A stretch of DNA of 64,000 nt from Vicugna vicugna. Lineage: Eukaryota. Position 1 is the first letter of the stretch. Each line of letters starts with the position of its first letter. The stretch covers positions 64,591 to 128,590 of the forward strand of contig MU058039.1 of NCBI GenBank assembly GCA_013265495.1. Reading direction: 5' to 3'. Of this stretch, positions 14,361 to 27,885 are shown piece after piece. The notes beneath the pieces were generated by a model that saw only the letters and a list, made by a program, of their open reading frames with translations, was not told the DNA's origin and ran no database searches. A program made the translations under genes and the position numbers.

Positions 14361-14643
14361 CAACGGCAATGGAAGTGGAGGTTCACTGAGATTCAGCTGA
14401 GATTCACTGCATCTGACTAAAAGCCTGCACTGATATTCCACTGCTTCTAATATATACAACAGAAAGGGAAGACAAGACGAGAATTACCCTGCCACGTTGT
14501 TCACGATATTGCACCATACAGTATTGAATTTTATCAATTGTTGAAAAAAAAGTGCACAAATGTGTCTAGTATGCCACTTTTTGTGAAATGGAAAGGAAAA
14601 AAGTTTATAATTGTTTTTATTTACATAAAGAAACTAAGCAGTC

Positions 14644-14781
14644 GCCGGGAGGGTATCGCTCAGTGGTAGAGCACATGCCTAGCAAGCATGAGGTCCTGGG
14701 TTCAATCCCCAGTCCCTCCATTAAATAAATAAATAAACTTAATTACCTCCCACCAAAAATGAAGAAAGAAAGGAAGGAAGG
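14644..14781 (+). mobile_element. tRNA-Ala-like SINE (vic-1-like)
   Basis: A box (gctcagtggtagag), B box (ggttcaatccc), (taaa)n tail; TSD aagaaactaagcagtc at 14628-14643 and 14782-14797. Confidence 0.9.
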
Positions 14782-15580
14782 AAGAAACTAAGCAGTCAAA
14801 ACTAACAAAACTGGTCATTTGTATTGGGGCAACCTGGGCAAGCAGGGGACAGAGATGCACCAAACACAGTCCTGACCTTTCCCAGAATTTCTTTCATTAT
14901 GCCTTTCAACTGTACTGCTTTGTATATTTTTTTTAATTTCTGAAGTGTTTGTATTATCTACTCAAAAAATTACACCATTCCGAATAAATTATTACAATAT
15001 TTTCAGATAAGAAATAAGATTACATCTGTGAAATAAGAACAGGATGCTAATAAAAAGAAACATTTATAAAACCAACTAGAGTTTTTGAAAATTAAAACTC
15101 TGAATTAAAATGTTGATAGCAGTAATGAGGAACTCAATAGAAGGGCTGGAAGACAAAGTTGATTAAGTTTAGCAGAATAAGAAGTAATAAATAAATAGAA
15201 GAACACGGAGAACCAAATTTCAGAGAGAGATTAGAGAAAGTATTTGTGTAGGGGAAACAGTTTAGGAAGAAAAGAGAAATGCTTTCAAAGTCTTGCACAT
15301 AACTGATTTCTAACCAGGAATTTCATTCTCAGCCAAAAGATCAATATAGCATGAGGTCAAAATAAAGGAGAGTTTTCCTTGACATCGTACCTCTCCATTG
15401 TCATACTACTGGCCTCTAGATGTGGATACATGACCTGTGTGTTGCTCATTCTCAGCAGAAAGATCAAGATGTTTCAGGAGCAGAGGAGAGTCTGGCTGCT
15501 TCCTGTGACCCAGCTCCCTCCGCCCTCAGGCTTTGGTGCTCCCAGGACGAATTCCCACCCCTGGGACTCCTCATCCTCAC

Positions 15581-15649
15581 CTCACATGAGCTATGTTCCT
15601 CTGGAGCCAGGCCTAGGGATTTCTGGGGAGAGGACCAATTAGCTGGCAT
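15581..15649 (-). CDS. ZNF585A: ZNF585-like first coding exon (whole exon 15581-15793)
   Basis: MPANWSSPQKSLGLAPEEHSSCE|gtgagg, phase 0; resembles the recalled human ZNF585A N-terminus [24 protein letters not shown]; acceptor ttttcag precedes 15793. Confidence 0.9.
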
Positions 15650-15882
15650 GGTCATGCTGGGTCTCAACCTTTATTCTCTCAGAAGCCTAAAGTTTGGTGG
15701 ACATTTGTGAACTCCAGCAGAGCTGCTGGGGAGAGGTGAGCTGGGGTCTGGAGGAAGATCTGGCCCAGTGGCACCCTAGAGACACCAAGAAACCTGAAAA
15801 GACAATGTCCACATGGTCAGTCATCACAGAAACATTTCCAGGGAACACCAAGATGTAGTTTCCTGAGCTAGACACCACAAAG

Positions 15883-16430
15883 CAGTGGCTCTCAAATTTG
15901 AGTGTGCGTTCAAATCACCTAAAGGGTTTGTTAAAATACAGTTAAAAATCCTCAGACTCACTCTGACAGTCTCTGATGCTGTAGGTCTAGGGTAGGGGCT
16001 GTCTATTTGGGCTACTCTAACAAAATACCAGATTGGGGAGCTTATAAACAACGGAAATTTATTGCTCACAGTTCTGGGAAGTCCAAGATCAAGGTGCCAG
16101 CATGATCATGTTTTGGTGAAGGCCTTCTTGGTTCATAGCCAGCACCTTCTAGCTGTATCTTCACATGGTAGAAGGGGCTAGGGGCTCTATGGGATCTCTT
16201 TTATAAGAGCACTAATCCCATTCATGAGGGTTCTACCTTCAAAACCTAATCATCCCGCAAAGGTCCAACCTTCTGATACCATACTTTTGGGTGTTAAGAT
16301 TCCAACATATGAATTTGGGGTTGGGGGGCAAACATTTAGACCACAGCAGAGCCCAAGAATTTGCATTTCTAACTAGTACCCAGGTGATGCTAAAGCCGCT
16401 ATTCCAGGAACCACACTTTGAGAACCAGTG
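15883..16430. mobile_element. MER5A-like hAT MITE split by a MaLR (MLT1A/MST-like) LTR at ~16000-16349
   Basis: Ends cagtggctctcaaa... and ...cacactttgagaaccagtg; the insert has the MaLR motif aaatttattgctcacagttctgg...aagtccaagatcaagg. Confidence 0.8.
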
Positions 16431-17872
16431 CTGTGGAGAACATATTTAACAAAAACCTGTGATAGTCATGGTAAAATACGGGGAAAATCATGAGATATGG
16501 AGTAATGTTATTGCAGATTTGAATTGCAGCTCTGCTACTTTTCGGTTATGAGAAAATGAAGAAGCTATTTCAGCTTCAGTTTCAAAAATGAGGATGAAAG
16601 TGCCAACCTCAAAAAGTTATGAACATTAAATGAGCTGGTGCTTGCAAAGCACTCATCACCTCCCTGGAACGCAAGCAGCATGCAATAAATATCAGCCACT
16701 ACCACGCACTATTGGATATTAAAATTTAATATAAAAATATAAAAAGCAAGTAAAGCAATAGACTAGACAATACTGATTTATATACGTGACCAAAGTGACA
16801 TTCAACTCAGTGTACACAAGACATTCTTCGCATAGATGGCGTTGACATAATTGGCTATCCATCTGGAAGAAAACAAACTAGATCCCCAACCTACACTACA
16901 CATTAGACTGAATTCCAACAGGAACAAACATTTTAAGTTTATGTAATTAAAAAATCTCAAAGGATATTAAAATAAAATTTAGAGTATACATTTGTATAAC
17001 ACTGGTGGGGTAGGAGGGACCTTATTACACATGAGAGAAAACCCAGAAACTACAAAAGAAAAAACAAATATTTCTTAATTCTATGTTAAAATACACCTTA
17101 AAAATAAAAATCAAGATATACATATAAAAGATTTTTTCAATATGTGATGATAGGTTATCCCTAATGTTAAAAAATCTAGCAAACAGAAAAAAAAATGCCC
17201 AGAAAAAAAACAAAGGATATGAAAATTCAAAGAAAAGGCAATTTAGATGGCAATTAAAGAAAAAGATGCTAACTTTATTAACAGGAAAATGCATTAAGGC
17301 AACTAGGTATAATTTTCCCTCAGAATTGTAAAAGCTTTTTAAAAAAAATGGTGGAAAGCATTTGGGAAATTGAACTCTCTTATAAATTGTTGGTGGAAGC
17401 TTAAATTGCTATAATATCTTTTGAATTATTCAGTCGTATCTATTATTAAAAATACACATAACCGTTCCTAATAATAGTTTCAAATATATAAAGCAAAAAC
17501 AGATAGAAGGAAGGGCAAGTGGACAAATCACCTTTCCAGTGTGAGTGTATCTTTATAATGAAACAGACAAAACAATCTGTGTAATGTATTTCTGAAACAA
17601 TACAATACAATTAATAGAGAACACACTGTTTTTACGTAATAGATAATGACATTTAGGAAAACAGACCGTGAACTGGGCCATAAAGCAATTTTTACACTTG
17701 ATCATCACCCAGAGGTATTTGAAATAGAGAATGCACTTCTAAATAATTCATGCGTCATAGAAAAAAAAAACGAAATTCAAAAAAAGACAAAAACAAAACC
17801 CCAACACTCAGACTTGAGCAGTAAAGAAAATGCTACATACCTAAGCTTGTGAATATTTATAAAGCAAGCTCG

Positions 17873-18115
17873 TCACAGACCCGAGATCCCTATGCTGACG
17901 CCACAGACCCTGTCACTGACCAGAGACCCTCATCACTGGACCCTCAAATCCCAACTGCTCATCTCAAAGATCCTCATTGCCCAGAGAGAACCCTATCACT
18001 GACCCCTCTGACACCCATCAACCGACGCCACAGACCCCGCCCCTAATGCTGAACCCCAAAACCATCATCACTAACTCCACGGACAACCCTTCCATCACTG
18101 ACCCCACAGATTCCT
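17873..18115. repeat. Degenerate ~20-bp C-rich tandem repeat in ZNF585 intron 1
   Basis: Recurring cacagaccc / atcactgaccc units. Confidence 0.5.
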
Positions 18116-18137
18116 AATCAAGATCAGCCAAAATCAC

Positions 18138-18720
18138 CTCAGAGACCTCTCGGAATTAAAACGTGAAGATCCTCTTGAAACAAACGGCAAAAACGACTCC
18201 GAAGGCCACTTCCGCTTCCTCTAGCACCGCCCCTAGAGGACTGTTGGTACTGCGCATGCTCTGAGTTGCCTTAGAAGCGGCGTTCTGCCAGCAGTCAACC
18301 CGGCGAAGATCCGTTGCTAGGGACCTTGTGCAGTGTCCGTAAGAGGCGCTGTCGGGCAGAGAACATGGCTGCGCCCAACGGCGCTTCGGCTTGCGGGGCG
18401 CCATTTTGGGAAGCGTGTCCATTCCGTACACTGGGGAAATAGGCCTCCTGCCGGTTTTCATACAGGTAGGCAGGGGTTACCACACAGAATACGGGAGTGT
18501 GGTCTTGGCTAGGTAGGCTTCCGGGAGGAGGAAGCTATTGGAGATGCGGTCCGGAGCTTCATGTTATGTAATAGAAAACCTACAATGCCCCTCGGGATAC
18601 AGCACAGTGCGGAGGGCAATTGCCTGCTTGGAGAAACCACCCGGGAAGTAGGGAGCCAGGGAGGAAAAATCACCAAAGGAGAAAGACAGATGCCTTATAT
18701 TCCACGGCTGGATCCTGGGA
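18138..18720 (-). promoter_or_regulatory. CpG-island promoter and non-coding exon 1 of ZNF585-like gene
   Basis: CpG-dense. ETS-like cacttccgcttcc ~18207, YY1-like cgccatttt ~18400, ZNF143-like cctacaatgccc ~18580. Candidate minus-strand donor GAG|gtgatt at 18138/18137. Confidence 0.7.
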
Positions 18721-20910
18721 GAAATTACCGGGGGATGATCAGGATGTCAAGTCAGAATGGTACAATCCATTTTTTGGAGGAAGTACTCAGGGAGAGTGTG
18801 GAGAGGTTAGAATGGAGTCCGCTCCTGGGCCGAAAACATTCAGCAAGACAGAGAAATGTCAGAACGAGCAATCCGCTGCAGGAAGGATGGTGCAGTCTTT
18901 AACACGAGAAATGAAACCTTAAGTCCAGTCTCTGACTCCTCCCTTAGCTTCTCCTATATGGAAATTGTGGAGCAGCTAACACTCTCCCCACCCCCAGTTC
19001 CCCATTCGGGTTGGGGAGGCTATGAGTGGGAGTTGTAAAGACAAGTCTTTTCATCTCGTGGGCTCCTAGATATTCTTAAAAACCCAGCTTAAATGTTGCC
19101 TCTTCCAGAATGTTCTTCCACCTGATGATGGTAGGAGTTTCTATGTCCTACTTAAGGTGTTGTTTCAGTCCCAGGAGATGGGGAAGATGTTTTGAGGGAA
19201 CTGGGCCTGGGCTCTGATGTGGACATCCTGGGTATCTTCAGGCCAGTTGTGTCCCCTTCTGGGATTCAGCTTAAAAATAGGACAAGTTAGAGGGTTGGAC
19301 TCTGCTTATGCCAGGTTCTCTTTCTTTTCCCAAAGCCTGATTTAAGGAAAACCCTGTGAAAGTCCATTAGTAAACATACATTTTTATAAGAGGCCTAAGA
19401 ATTACTGTTAATTTTGTTGGTAATGTGGTTATGTTAAAAAAAAAGTTTATCTTTTAGAGATTCATATGGAAGTATTTATGGGTGAAATATTAGCTTTAAA
19501 AACTTCACTGGAGAGGGGTAGATGAATGAAACAAGAGTAACAGAATGATGATAAATGCTGAAGCAGGGGATGATGGGTACATGGAGTTTAGTATAACGTT
19601 CTCTTCTTTAGTATTTGTATGAAACTTTCACAGTAAAATTTAACTAGACAGGAAAGGCGTTTTAAAAACATTTTCAAAGAAATATTATGAAGAAGAAAGC
19701 AGGTGTGTTGACAGAATTAAATAATACAGCCATAAGCAAACAATGAATAAAGATATTCCATATTTTAAAAAGATGCAGCTACCATGGGCATACAACACTT
19801 CTAACATTTATTTCACAATATAGTTCTGTAATATGGGAAAAAGTGATAGAACAGGGACATTTTGAGGAAGCTACAATCACAGTAGCATATTAACACATCT
19901 CTCAGAAACAGATCAAACAGAAGAAAGGTGAGGATTAGGCTGTACTGGAATAATATAAATAGTTTTCTTGGTATATCACTCATTTACATTGAAAAAAATT
20001 TTTAACCAGAGAATGAACATTTTTTCCCCAAACATAGAACACTCATAAAAATTCTCCACAAAGTAGGCCAAAAAAGAAATTACAAAGCTCCTAGATTTAT
20101 ATCACATAAGTCATATTCTCAGACAACATCAAAATGAAAATAGAAAGCAACAACAGGCAGATAATGAAATGTTTTAAATGCCTGGGCATTAAAATATACG
20201 TACGTGAGTAATTCTTCGGTTAAGGACAGCATAACAAGGGATATTACAAATTATTTAGAATGAAGAGGGAAATAATAGTACAATGTATTGAAAATCTAAG
20301 GGATGGGCCATGTCTGTTTAACTCACTGCTGTTTAATCAGCTTATAGCACAATGTCTACCATATAACAGGTGTTCAATTAAGTAACTATTGAATGATGAA
20401 GGGTTAGGAAAAGGAATTAGAATGAAGGTACAGGAAAATATCAGGAAGTTAAGAAAATAGGGAAAGCAGTTAAGTTTCATAATCATCATTATTTTAAAAT
20501 AATTTTTATGATATTCTATGCATTGTGGCAAAACTATATAGTTAAGCTTCATGTGATTCTGAACATATAGATTTGTGGATGTGGGAGGCTAGCACTCTCC
20601 AGTGATGCAAAGAGTGTATTAGTGACTCCTGAGCCAGAAACTCTGTAATAAAAACAACACTGAATGTTATTTGATGGGGACAAGGGTATGGTTGTTCAAA
20701 GTGGAATACCCTAGGGAAAGTTCAAAGGACTGACTGAGTTTGGTGTGAGCAGATGATGCAGAGGGCTTTCACGTCAAGAGTAGACACTGTGTAACATACC
20801 ACTTGGTTGGCATGTGATGATGCTGGCCAAGGATGAGAAACTAGATAACTTCACCAAAGGCTATAGCCATTGACAGTCTGAAGTAAAAGCAAGCTCCAGA
20901 TAGCATGACA

Positions 20911-21045
20911 GGGAGAGGGACAGCTCAGCGGTAGAGGGTGTGCCTAGCATGCACAAGGTCTTAAGTTCAATCTCCAGTACCTCCATTAAAAAATAAATAA
21001 ATAAACCTAATTACCTCTCCCCCCAAAATTAAAAAGAAAAACTGA
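20911..21045 (+). mobile_element. tRNA-Ala-like SINE (vic-1-like)
   Basis: A/B boxes, A-rich tail, TSD atagcatgacag on both sides. Confidence 0.88.
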
Positions 21046-21769
21046 ATAGCATGACAGAACAAAATGTAAAGTGCTGTAGTATGAAAATCAAATGAACTCT
21101 ATCAAAGAGATTGGATTTCAAGTCTCAGCTCTACTATTTGCAAGGTTTGTGCCCTTTGAAAAATTTGTCTGTAAGTTCCATTTCCTCATCTGTAAAATGA
21201 TGGTAATATCTGACATATATATGTTTAATTGCTAAAATTAAGAATAATTCAGGACAAAATTGGCAAAATATTGCTAACTGTTGAAGCTGGATGATAGATG
21301 CATGTAAATTTATTGTATTGTTTGCTTTGCTTTCATGAATGTTTGAAATTTTTTATAATAAAAAGAAAAGATAATAATTTGGGCAAAGTCCTTAGGAAAA
21401 AATTAAGTGGTTAGCAAATGGTAATTGTTATAAATAGGAAATTATCTTCACAAAAATCATAAAAGACCAATGATTTTGAAGACATCAAAGTAGAGCTGGG
21501 CTGAGAAGCACAAACCAAAAACTGAACGTTATTCTACTATCCTTCTCCAAAAGTCAAATAAAATTAATAGTACCAGAACATGTGCCCCATATATCATCGT
21601 TTTCCAGATGAAGAAAGTGTGGTAACTCATCCAGTTTCACCTATGGTCTTACATACTGGGGCCACTATAAGAGTCACCACTACAATGCTCAACAAACACA
21701 CTGCTTGACGCTTCCAATAACCAGCCCCCATCAGCCCCATTCCAGGCTCTAGGATTTCTCTCCTTCAGT

Positions 21770-22520
21770 TTCTTTGGTGCGGTTTGGGTCTGAGACTCCC
21801 AGGTTTCCGCTGCCAGAGCAGCACAGGTCCTGCGCCAGGCTAATCCGCGGAGAAATGAATTATGTCAAAAATGGCGGTGTAGTCAGTCAGTCTGGAACAT
21901 TCTCAGAGAGAGTTACAATTCCTAAAAGACTCTTGGGCGCCACTCTGTCCTTCACTGTGTCCAAGCTCAGGGCAGAAGGCCAACACAATCTTGGGCGGGC
22001 GCCTCAACCATCCCAACTCTGGACTACATTTCCCAGAAGTTCGGGCGGCTTCGGTGCTACTCCCGCGACCTGTTTCTATTTCTCAGGGAACACATGGCTC
22101 CCTGGGATTGGCTAGACACATGGAGGCAGCTTGTCTCTAGGGCGTAGGGGGCTGCCCCTGGATCTTGAAGACTACTGGCAGCGATTCCGAGAGGGGAGAA
22201 GAGATGTGGCTCGGCCTAGGCTGTGTTCTAACAGAAAATCCGAGGGCTGGCAGCCATCTTGTCCAAGCGAATCTGGCTCCGGACTACATTTCCCAGAGGC
22301 CCCGGCGGATTTAGGGCCGCCCCTTCACTCGCCTGCAGGACCCTCGGCCTCCAGGGAAGGGGGAGTGCAAGGTGAGCGGCCTAGGTCTTGAGGGCTCGGC
22401 TAGGTTCCGGAGGTGCATCCGCGAGGGTCTGAAGGGACTGTCTAGGCGGGTCCGGAGTCTCGGGGCCATATTATTTGGCCGGTCTGGGGGGTGGGCCGAA
22501 GTGTGGGATTCCACATGTGC
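21770..22520 (+). promoter_or_regulatory. CpG-island promoter and non-coding exon 1 of ZNF383
   Basis: CpG-dense. Two identical ggactacatttcccaga (ZNF143/SBS-type) motifs at 22021 and 22281, YY1-like aaaatggcgg ~21868, donor AAG|gtgagc at 22371/22372. Confidence 0.75.
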
Positions 22521-22910
22521 GTTTGTGACCCTTGTGACTGTGTGGCGGTGTGTGCGGGTGTGTTTGTATGTCCCTGTGGTGGGTGTGTCATTGTGACTGT
22601 GTGCGCGGAGCTCTGTGTGTAGGTATGGTTGTGTCCCCGTGGTAGGACTGTGATTTTGCTTGTCTGTTTAACTTTGTGTCATTGTGTGTACTGGGGAGGG
22701 GAGTGTAGGGAATCTGATTATGTGGCTATGACTTTGTTATCTAAGGGCTGCGTGTGTGTGATTGATTGTGGTTCTATAAATGTTAGCAGTACTAAGTGTA
22801 CTGGACGTCTGTGACTGTGAGGATGTGTGAGTGTGAACTTGTAACTTTTTGTGGCACTGTGTGTGTGGTTGGAGGGTGCCTATAATTGTGCCAGGCTGAT
22901 TGTGTGTCCC
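22515..22910 (+). repeat. GT-rich low-complexity tract at start of ZNF383 intron 1
   Basis: Dispersed tgtgtg / tgtgactg units. Confidence 0.6.
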
Positions 22911-23219
22911 AGTGGTTGATATATGACATCAGGACAGATTTTGGTCTTGGACAGCATTGACTTTTCCCCTTCTAACACCAGGAATGCTCAGGGCAGTCTA
23001 AATTCCTCTAAACTCTCTTCATCCGTCCTCTCCATGGGTAATAGGTGTGGGTCCAGAGTAACCTCGGATCAGTCTGTGCCACCAGAAAGGCCTGGCATTT
23101 CATGATTCCTTTCTCCTTTCTCAGCTCTGCTTTTCTCAGAGAGGTCCCCAGAGGAAGACGGAGGAATGGCTGTTGGCCATGCCGAATACAAGGTGCGCTT
23201 GGGTTTCCTTTTTGCTTTA

Positions 23220-25100
23220 TAAGTACCCTGGTGCACATATGCATACTTCCCTAGGTAATAAACATACCAATGGAATTGCTGGGCCATAGGGTATGTGTGT
23301 ATCTTCAAATTTCCTGGATAATGCTGGCCTGATTTTCAATATGGTTGTACCAGTTAAATTCTTACCGGCAGTTTATAAACCTAATCATCTTGTATTCTTT
23401 CTAATATTGGGTCACTTGGTATTTTAATTTTTGATGAATCTGCTGGTGTAATGGCTTAGCATGTGGTTTTTAAAAATACACACTCCAAAAAGTACAAAAA
23501 TAGAAATATAAGACTTGATGAATTTTACAAAATGATCATATTTGTTTAACCAGAGCTCAGGAAATCAGTTCAGGAAATAGAGCATTACCAGCATTCCAGA
23601 AGCCTAATTCTTGTCCCGTCCACTCACTGCCCACATCTCCCAAAGATAACAATTATTCTATCTTCTATAGCCATGGATTAATTTTATCTGTTCTTAAATT
23701 TTATATAAATAGAATCACACAGTATCTGCTCTTTTGTGCTTGGCTTCTTTTTGTTCACCATGACATTTCACATGTAATACGAATGTACTGTGTAATAATA
23801 TTATGTAGTATGGATATGTGAGATTCATCCGTGTTGCTTCATGTAGTTGTAGGTCATTTGTTATTGTTGCTTAAAAGTGCGTTGTATAAACATACCACAA
23901 TTTGTTTATCCTTTCCATTATTGATTGGCTTTTGAGTTGTTTTCAGGTTGGGACTATTATGAGCAGGACTGCTATGACCATTCTTGTGTGTCTGTTGGTG
24001 CACGTATGAATGCATTTCTGTTGGGTATATTTCTAGGAGTGAAACTTCTGTAGCATAGGTTATACAAATATTCAACTTTAGTATATATTGACAATTTTCC
24101 TAAATGGTTGGATCAGTTTACACTCCTGACTTTAGTGGATGAGAATAGACTTTGAGAGAAGCTTTACTGGAGACGAACAGCAATAGTTCATAATAAAAAG
24201 GTTAGTCCACCAGTAAGATATTATCATTCTAAATGTATAGACCTTCATAAAATGACTTCAAATATATATGACAGAACTGATAGAGATAGTAGACAAATCA
24301 CAATCATAGTAGGGGATTTTTAGCACTTTCTTCAATAGCTGGTAGGACAATCAGTATAAACCCAGTAAAGTTATATAACATTTGGACAATGTGATTGACA
24401 AATCTCACTTAAATGTTATATGTAGATCAGTGTACAATACAACTATAATATATATTACTTTCAGGTGCATATGACACATTTATCCAAATTGATCATATGC
24501 TGGACCATAAAGTGAATCTCAATAAATTTCAAAGGATTGAAACATACATAAAACTATATGTTTTCTGACCACAATGGAATTCAGCGAGAAGTCAACAACA
24601 AAAGATAATTAGAAATTTCCCAATGTTCAAGATTTAAGCAATGGTAAACAACTAGTGAGTCAAAGAAGAAACTGCAATAGAAATTCAAAGTATTCTGACT
24701 GAATGATAATGAAAATATAACATCAAAATGTGGGGTGTCGCTGAAGCTGAACCTGAGGGAAATATATAGCTGTAAATACATAATTCTAGTAAAGAAGAAT
24801 GTTGAAAAATCGATCTATGTGTTCATCTTAAGAAATTAAGGAAAAGCATACTAAATTAAACCCAAAGAAAGCTAAAACTAGGAAACAATAAGAGCTCAAA
24901 TATAAACTTACAAATACAAATATAAATGTATATTGAAACATGAAGTGAATTTATAATTGAGAAGATTAATAAAGCCAAAAGTTTATTTGGGGGAATTAGT
25001 ACAACTGATAAGCCACTAGCAAAACTTGAAGGAAAAAAGGGAGAAAAGACACAGATTACCAAATTAGATAGGAAGGAAAAAACAAAACCACCACAGATTA
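23220..25100. mobile_element. Old L1M fragments (minus-strand 3' ends ~23220-24140; plus-strand ORF2 endonuclease region ~24170-25100)
   Basis: Recognisable L1 motifs (gggttatat-type 3' region; attgatcatatgctggaccataaag = IDHMLDHK; tctgaccacaatggaat). Confidence 0.75.
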
Positions 25101-27149
25101 TGTTTAAGGCTGAGTTCCCAATTCCTGATTGGTACCTGGGACTTATTGCACAATATTAGAACCTGAGCCAGTGACCATTATGGTGATTCCCTTTTTAATT
25201 TCATCAGACGTGTAAATTTTTGATTTTGATAAAGATTTTTATTTTTGTAACTCAGTGTCTTTATTGGACATGAAGTGTGCTTTGTTTTCATAGTCTGCAA
25301 CGTCATTACAACTCACTCTCCTGCCATGAAGATATATTGACGTGGGCGAGGGGTGTTTTTTAAAAAACTTAAATTTCCTAGTTAATGTTGCTACATAATT
25401 ATTAGGGGTTTAATATTGTTAATAAAATGTTCATTTCCTAGGTGATAATGGACTGAGTATACAGTGAGCTCTCATTTGGAACATTCAGCTTATTACTTTA
25501 CTGTACCCTGTTTCCACTTGGTTTTGTGTGTGTCCACTGGTGCTGACTGTGGAATACACTTTCTATCTTGGATTATTATGTGAGGCCACAGGTGTGATGG
25601 GTCCTTCCTGGTTTTGGTACAGTTTTTCCTTTTTCTGGAGCTAAGTGGCTTTTTTGAAGTACTCTGCATTTATACTTTTCAGATTGCGCAGATGGAAACA
25701 AGCACCTTTTACCAGGAATCTGAATAATATAACGAGAAAAAAAAACCCACAAATGAAATCACTAATTATGGCAAGTTAAAGAAAAAAACTATTCTTATTC
25801 ACTTTCCTCTTTTGTGGACTTTATAACAGTTTTCCTCTTACATGTTATTATGGACTTAACATTTTCAGATGTTTCAGTTAACTGATGATTGTCATGGGCT
25901 CCATTGTAGCACAAATGCGGCAGGAGGAGTGTGTTGCTGCATAAATTTTCATTACTTGGCCCCCTGCAGGAGACTCTGAAAAGGAGTCCTTTCAGCACAG
26001 CACCTGATAGTTTTTGTTTTTTGTTTGTTTTCTTATAAACAACAGAAATTTATTTCTCACAGTTCTGGATGCTGAAAGTCTGAGAGCAGGATGGTCTCAG
26101 ACATGGTCAGGTGAGGAGGGCCCTCTTCAGGGTTGCAGACTTTTTTTTTTCTCCTTTATATTTTAAAAAAAATTGTTTATTTATTTATGTTTAGTTTACA
26201 ACGTTGTGTTAGTTTCTGGTGTACAGCAGCACCTGATATTTTTGAAAATAGCCTCACTTTTTGGTAATAGCAGAAGGTTCCAGATCTATCCGAAAAAAAT
26301 TTTATTTTTTCTGTTCTAAGACATGTAGTCAGCTGTTATCCAGGAACCCTCTATGCTTTTCTCTTGTCTTCACTTTTCCTCTTTCCTTCTTAGAAATGAA
26401 TAAAAGACCAGAAACAGGTGACTTATCTTATACCTGAGAGTTTGTTGGGCAAAAACGCTGCCATTATTGGGCTACTTTACGTGGTACCAGAGCTCAAAAG
26501 TTTTCTTTTTAAGGTTTTGTGTTCATATTATTTTTCTCTAATTTTCTTATCTTAAGTGATTTTTTTTTCAACCTTCAGAAGTTTCTCATACTTCTCATAC
26601 TGAAGCTATTCAATATTAGCTTCATTATGTAGTGATTAAACATTCCAGTGGTAATTCTATGACTGCATAAGGCTAAAAACTTTTTTTATGACTCTATTAA
26701 CCTAAAAATGAGCAGCCTTAAGAGTTGGAGAGTTAGGATACAGGTAGTATTTTTGCAAGTTAAACACTTGGTGTTTTGAGCAGGCTTACTCTGAATTAAA
26801 GTAATTTGGGTGGTGCAGATGAAAACGTTTACTGAAAATCTGGAGTTTACCCAAGAGAAATTAAGATGAGCATCAGTCTCCCCAGTTTTGTTGGCCCTAT
26901 GCCCTTTCTGTCTTAATTTCCTCTCCAGTCCATTTTCCTGGCCAAAACCAAGCAAGGATGTGCTGATTCCCCTCGCCCATTAGCCACTCAGAATGTTTAT
27001 GCCACCCTCAGTTTCTTTTCCTTACTAGGAAATAGAGTTATTGTCTATTCCAACATGAGTGGGGATGCGTTGGGAAAGTAATGGACTGTAATGGAAATTA
27101 CATTAGAAAAGCATTCTAAAGAATTGGGTTCTTAAAAAACTAATTTTAC

Positions 27150-27885
27150 TCAACATTATTAGTCATAAGGAAAATGTGAATCAAAACACAAAGAGATACC
27201 ACTTCATACCTACTAGGATGGCTCTGATTAAAAAAACAGACAGTAAGAAGTATTGGTGAGGATTTGCAGAAATTGCTGGCGGGATATAAAATGGGGCAAA
27301 TGCTTTAGAAAAAAGTTTGGTAGTTCTTTAAAAAGTTAAGCAGATTTACCATATGACCCAGCAGTTTCACGCCTAGGTACGTACCCAAGGGAATTGAAAA
27401 CATATTGACACAAAAACTTGTTCCAGGAATGTTCAAAGCTATTCACAATAACCAAAAAATGGAAACAATTCAAATGCCCATCAACTGGTATAAATGGATA
27501 AACAAAATGTCGTATAGCCACACAGTGGAATATTATTTGCTGATAAAAAGGAATGATGTTCTGATATATGCTACAACATGGATATACCTTGAAAACTTGC
27601 TAAGTGAGAGAATCTAGTCACAAAAGGTCATATATTGTATGATTCCATTTGTATGAAATGTCTAGAATAGGCAAGTCCACAGCAGCAGAAAGTAGATTAG
27701 TGGTTGCTTAGGGCTAGGGGAGGAAGGGAAACGGGAACTGGCTTTTAATGGCTTTTCTTTTAGAGGAGATGAAAATGTTCTAAAATTGGATTGTGTTAGT
27801 ATACTAAAAAGCATTGAACTGTATACTTTAAATGAGTAACTTATATAACATATGAATTATATCTCAGTAAAGCTGTTAAAAAATA
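27150..27885 (+). mobile_element. L1MB/MC-type 3' end
   Basis: ORF2 C-terminal remnants (PYDPA, WINKM...VEYY) followed by a typical 3'UTR. Confidence 0.8.

Noticed and set aside
14647..14720. tRNA-Ala gene (also at 20911, 52288, 53455, 55880, 57000)
   Set aside because: Divergent stems, A-rich tails and TSDs identify these as SINEs.
18156..22596. ORFs of 60-113 aa within the two CpG islands
   Set aside because: GC-rich sequence is stop-poor; there are no recognisable domains or supporting exon structure.
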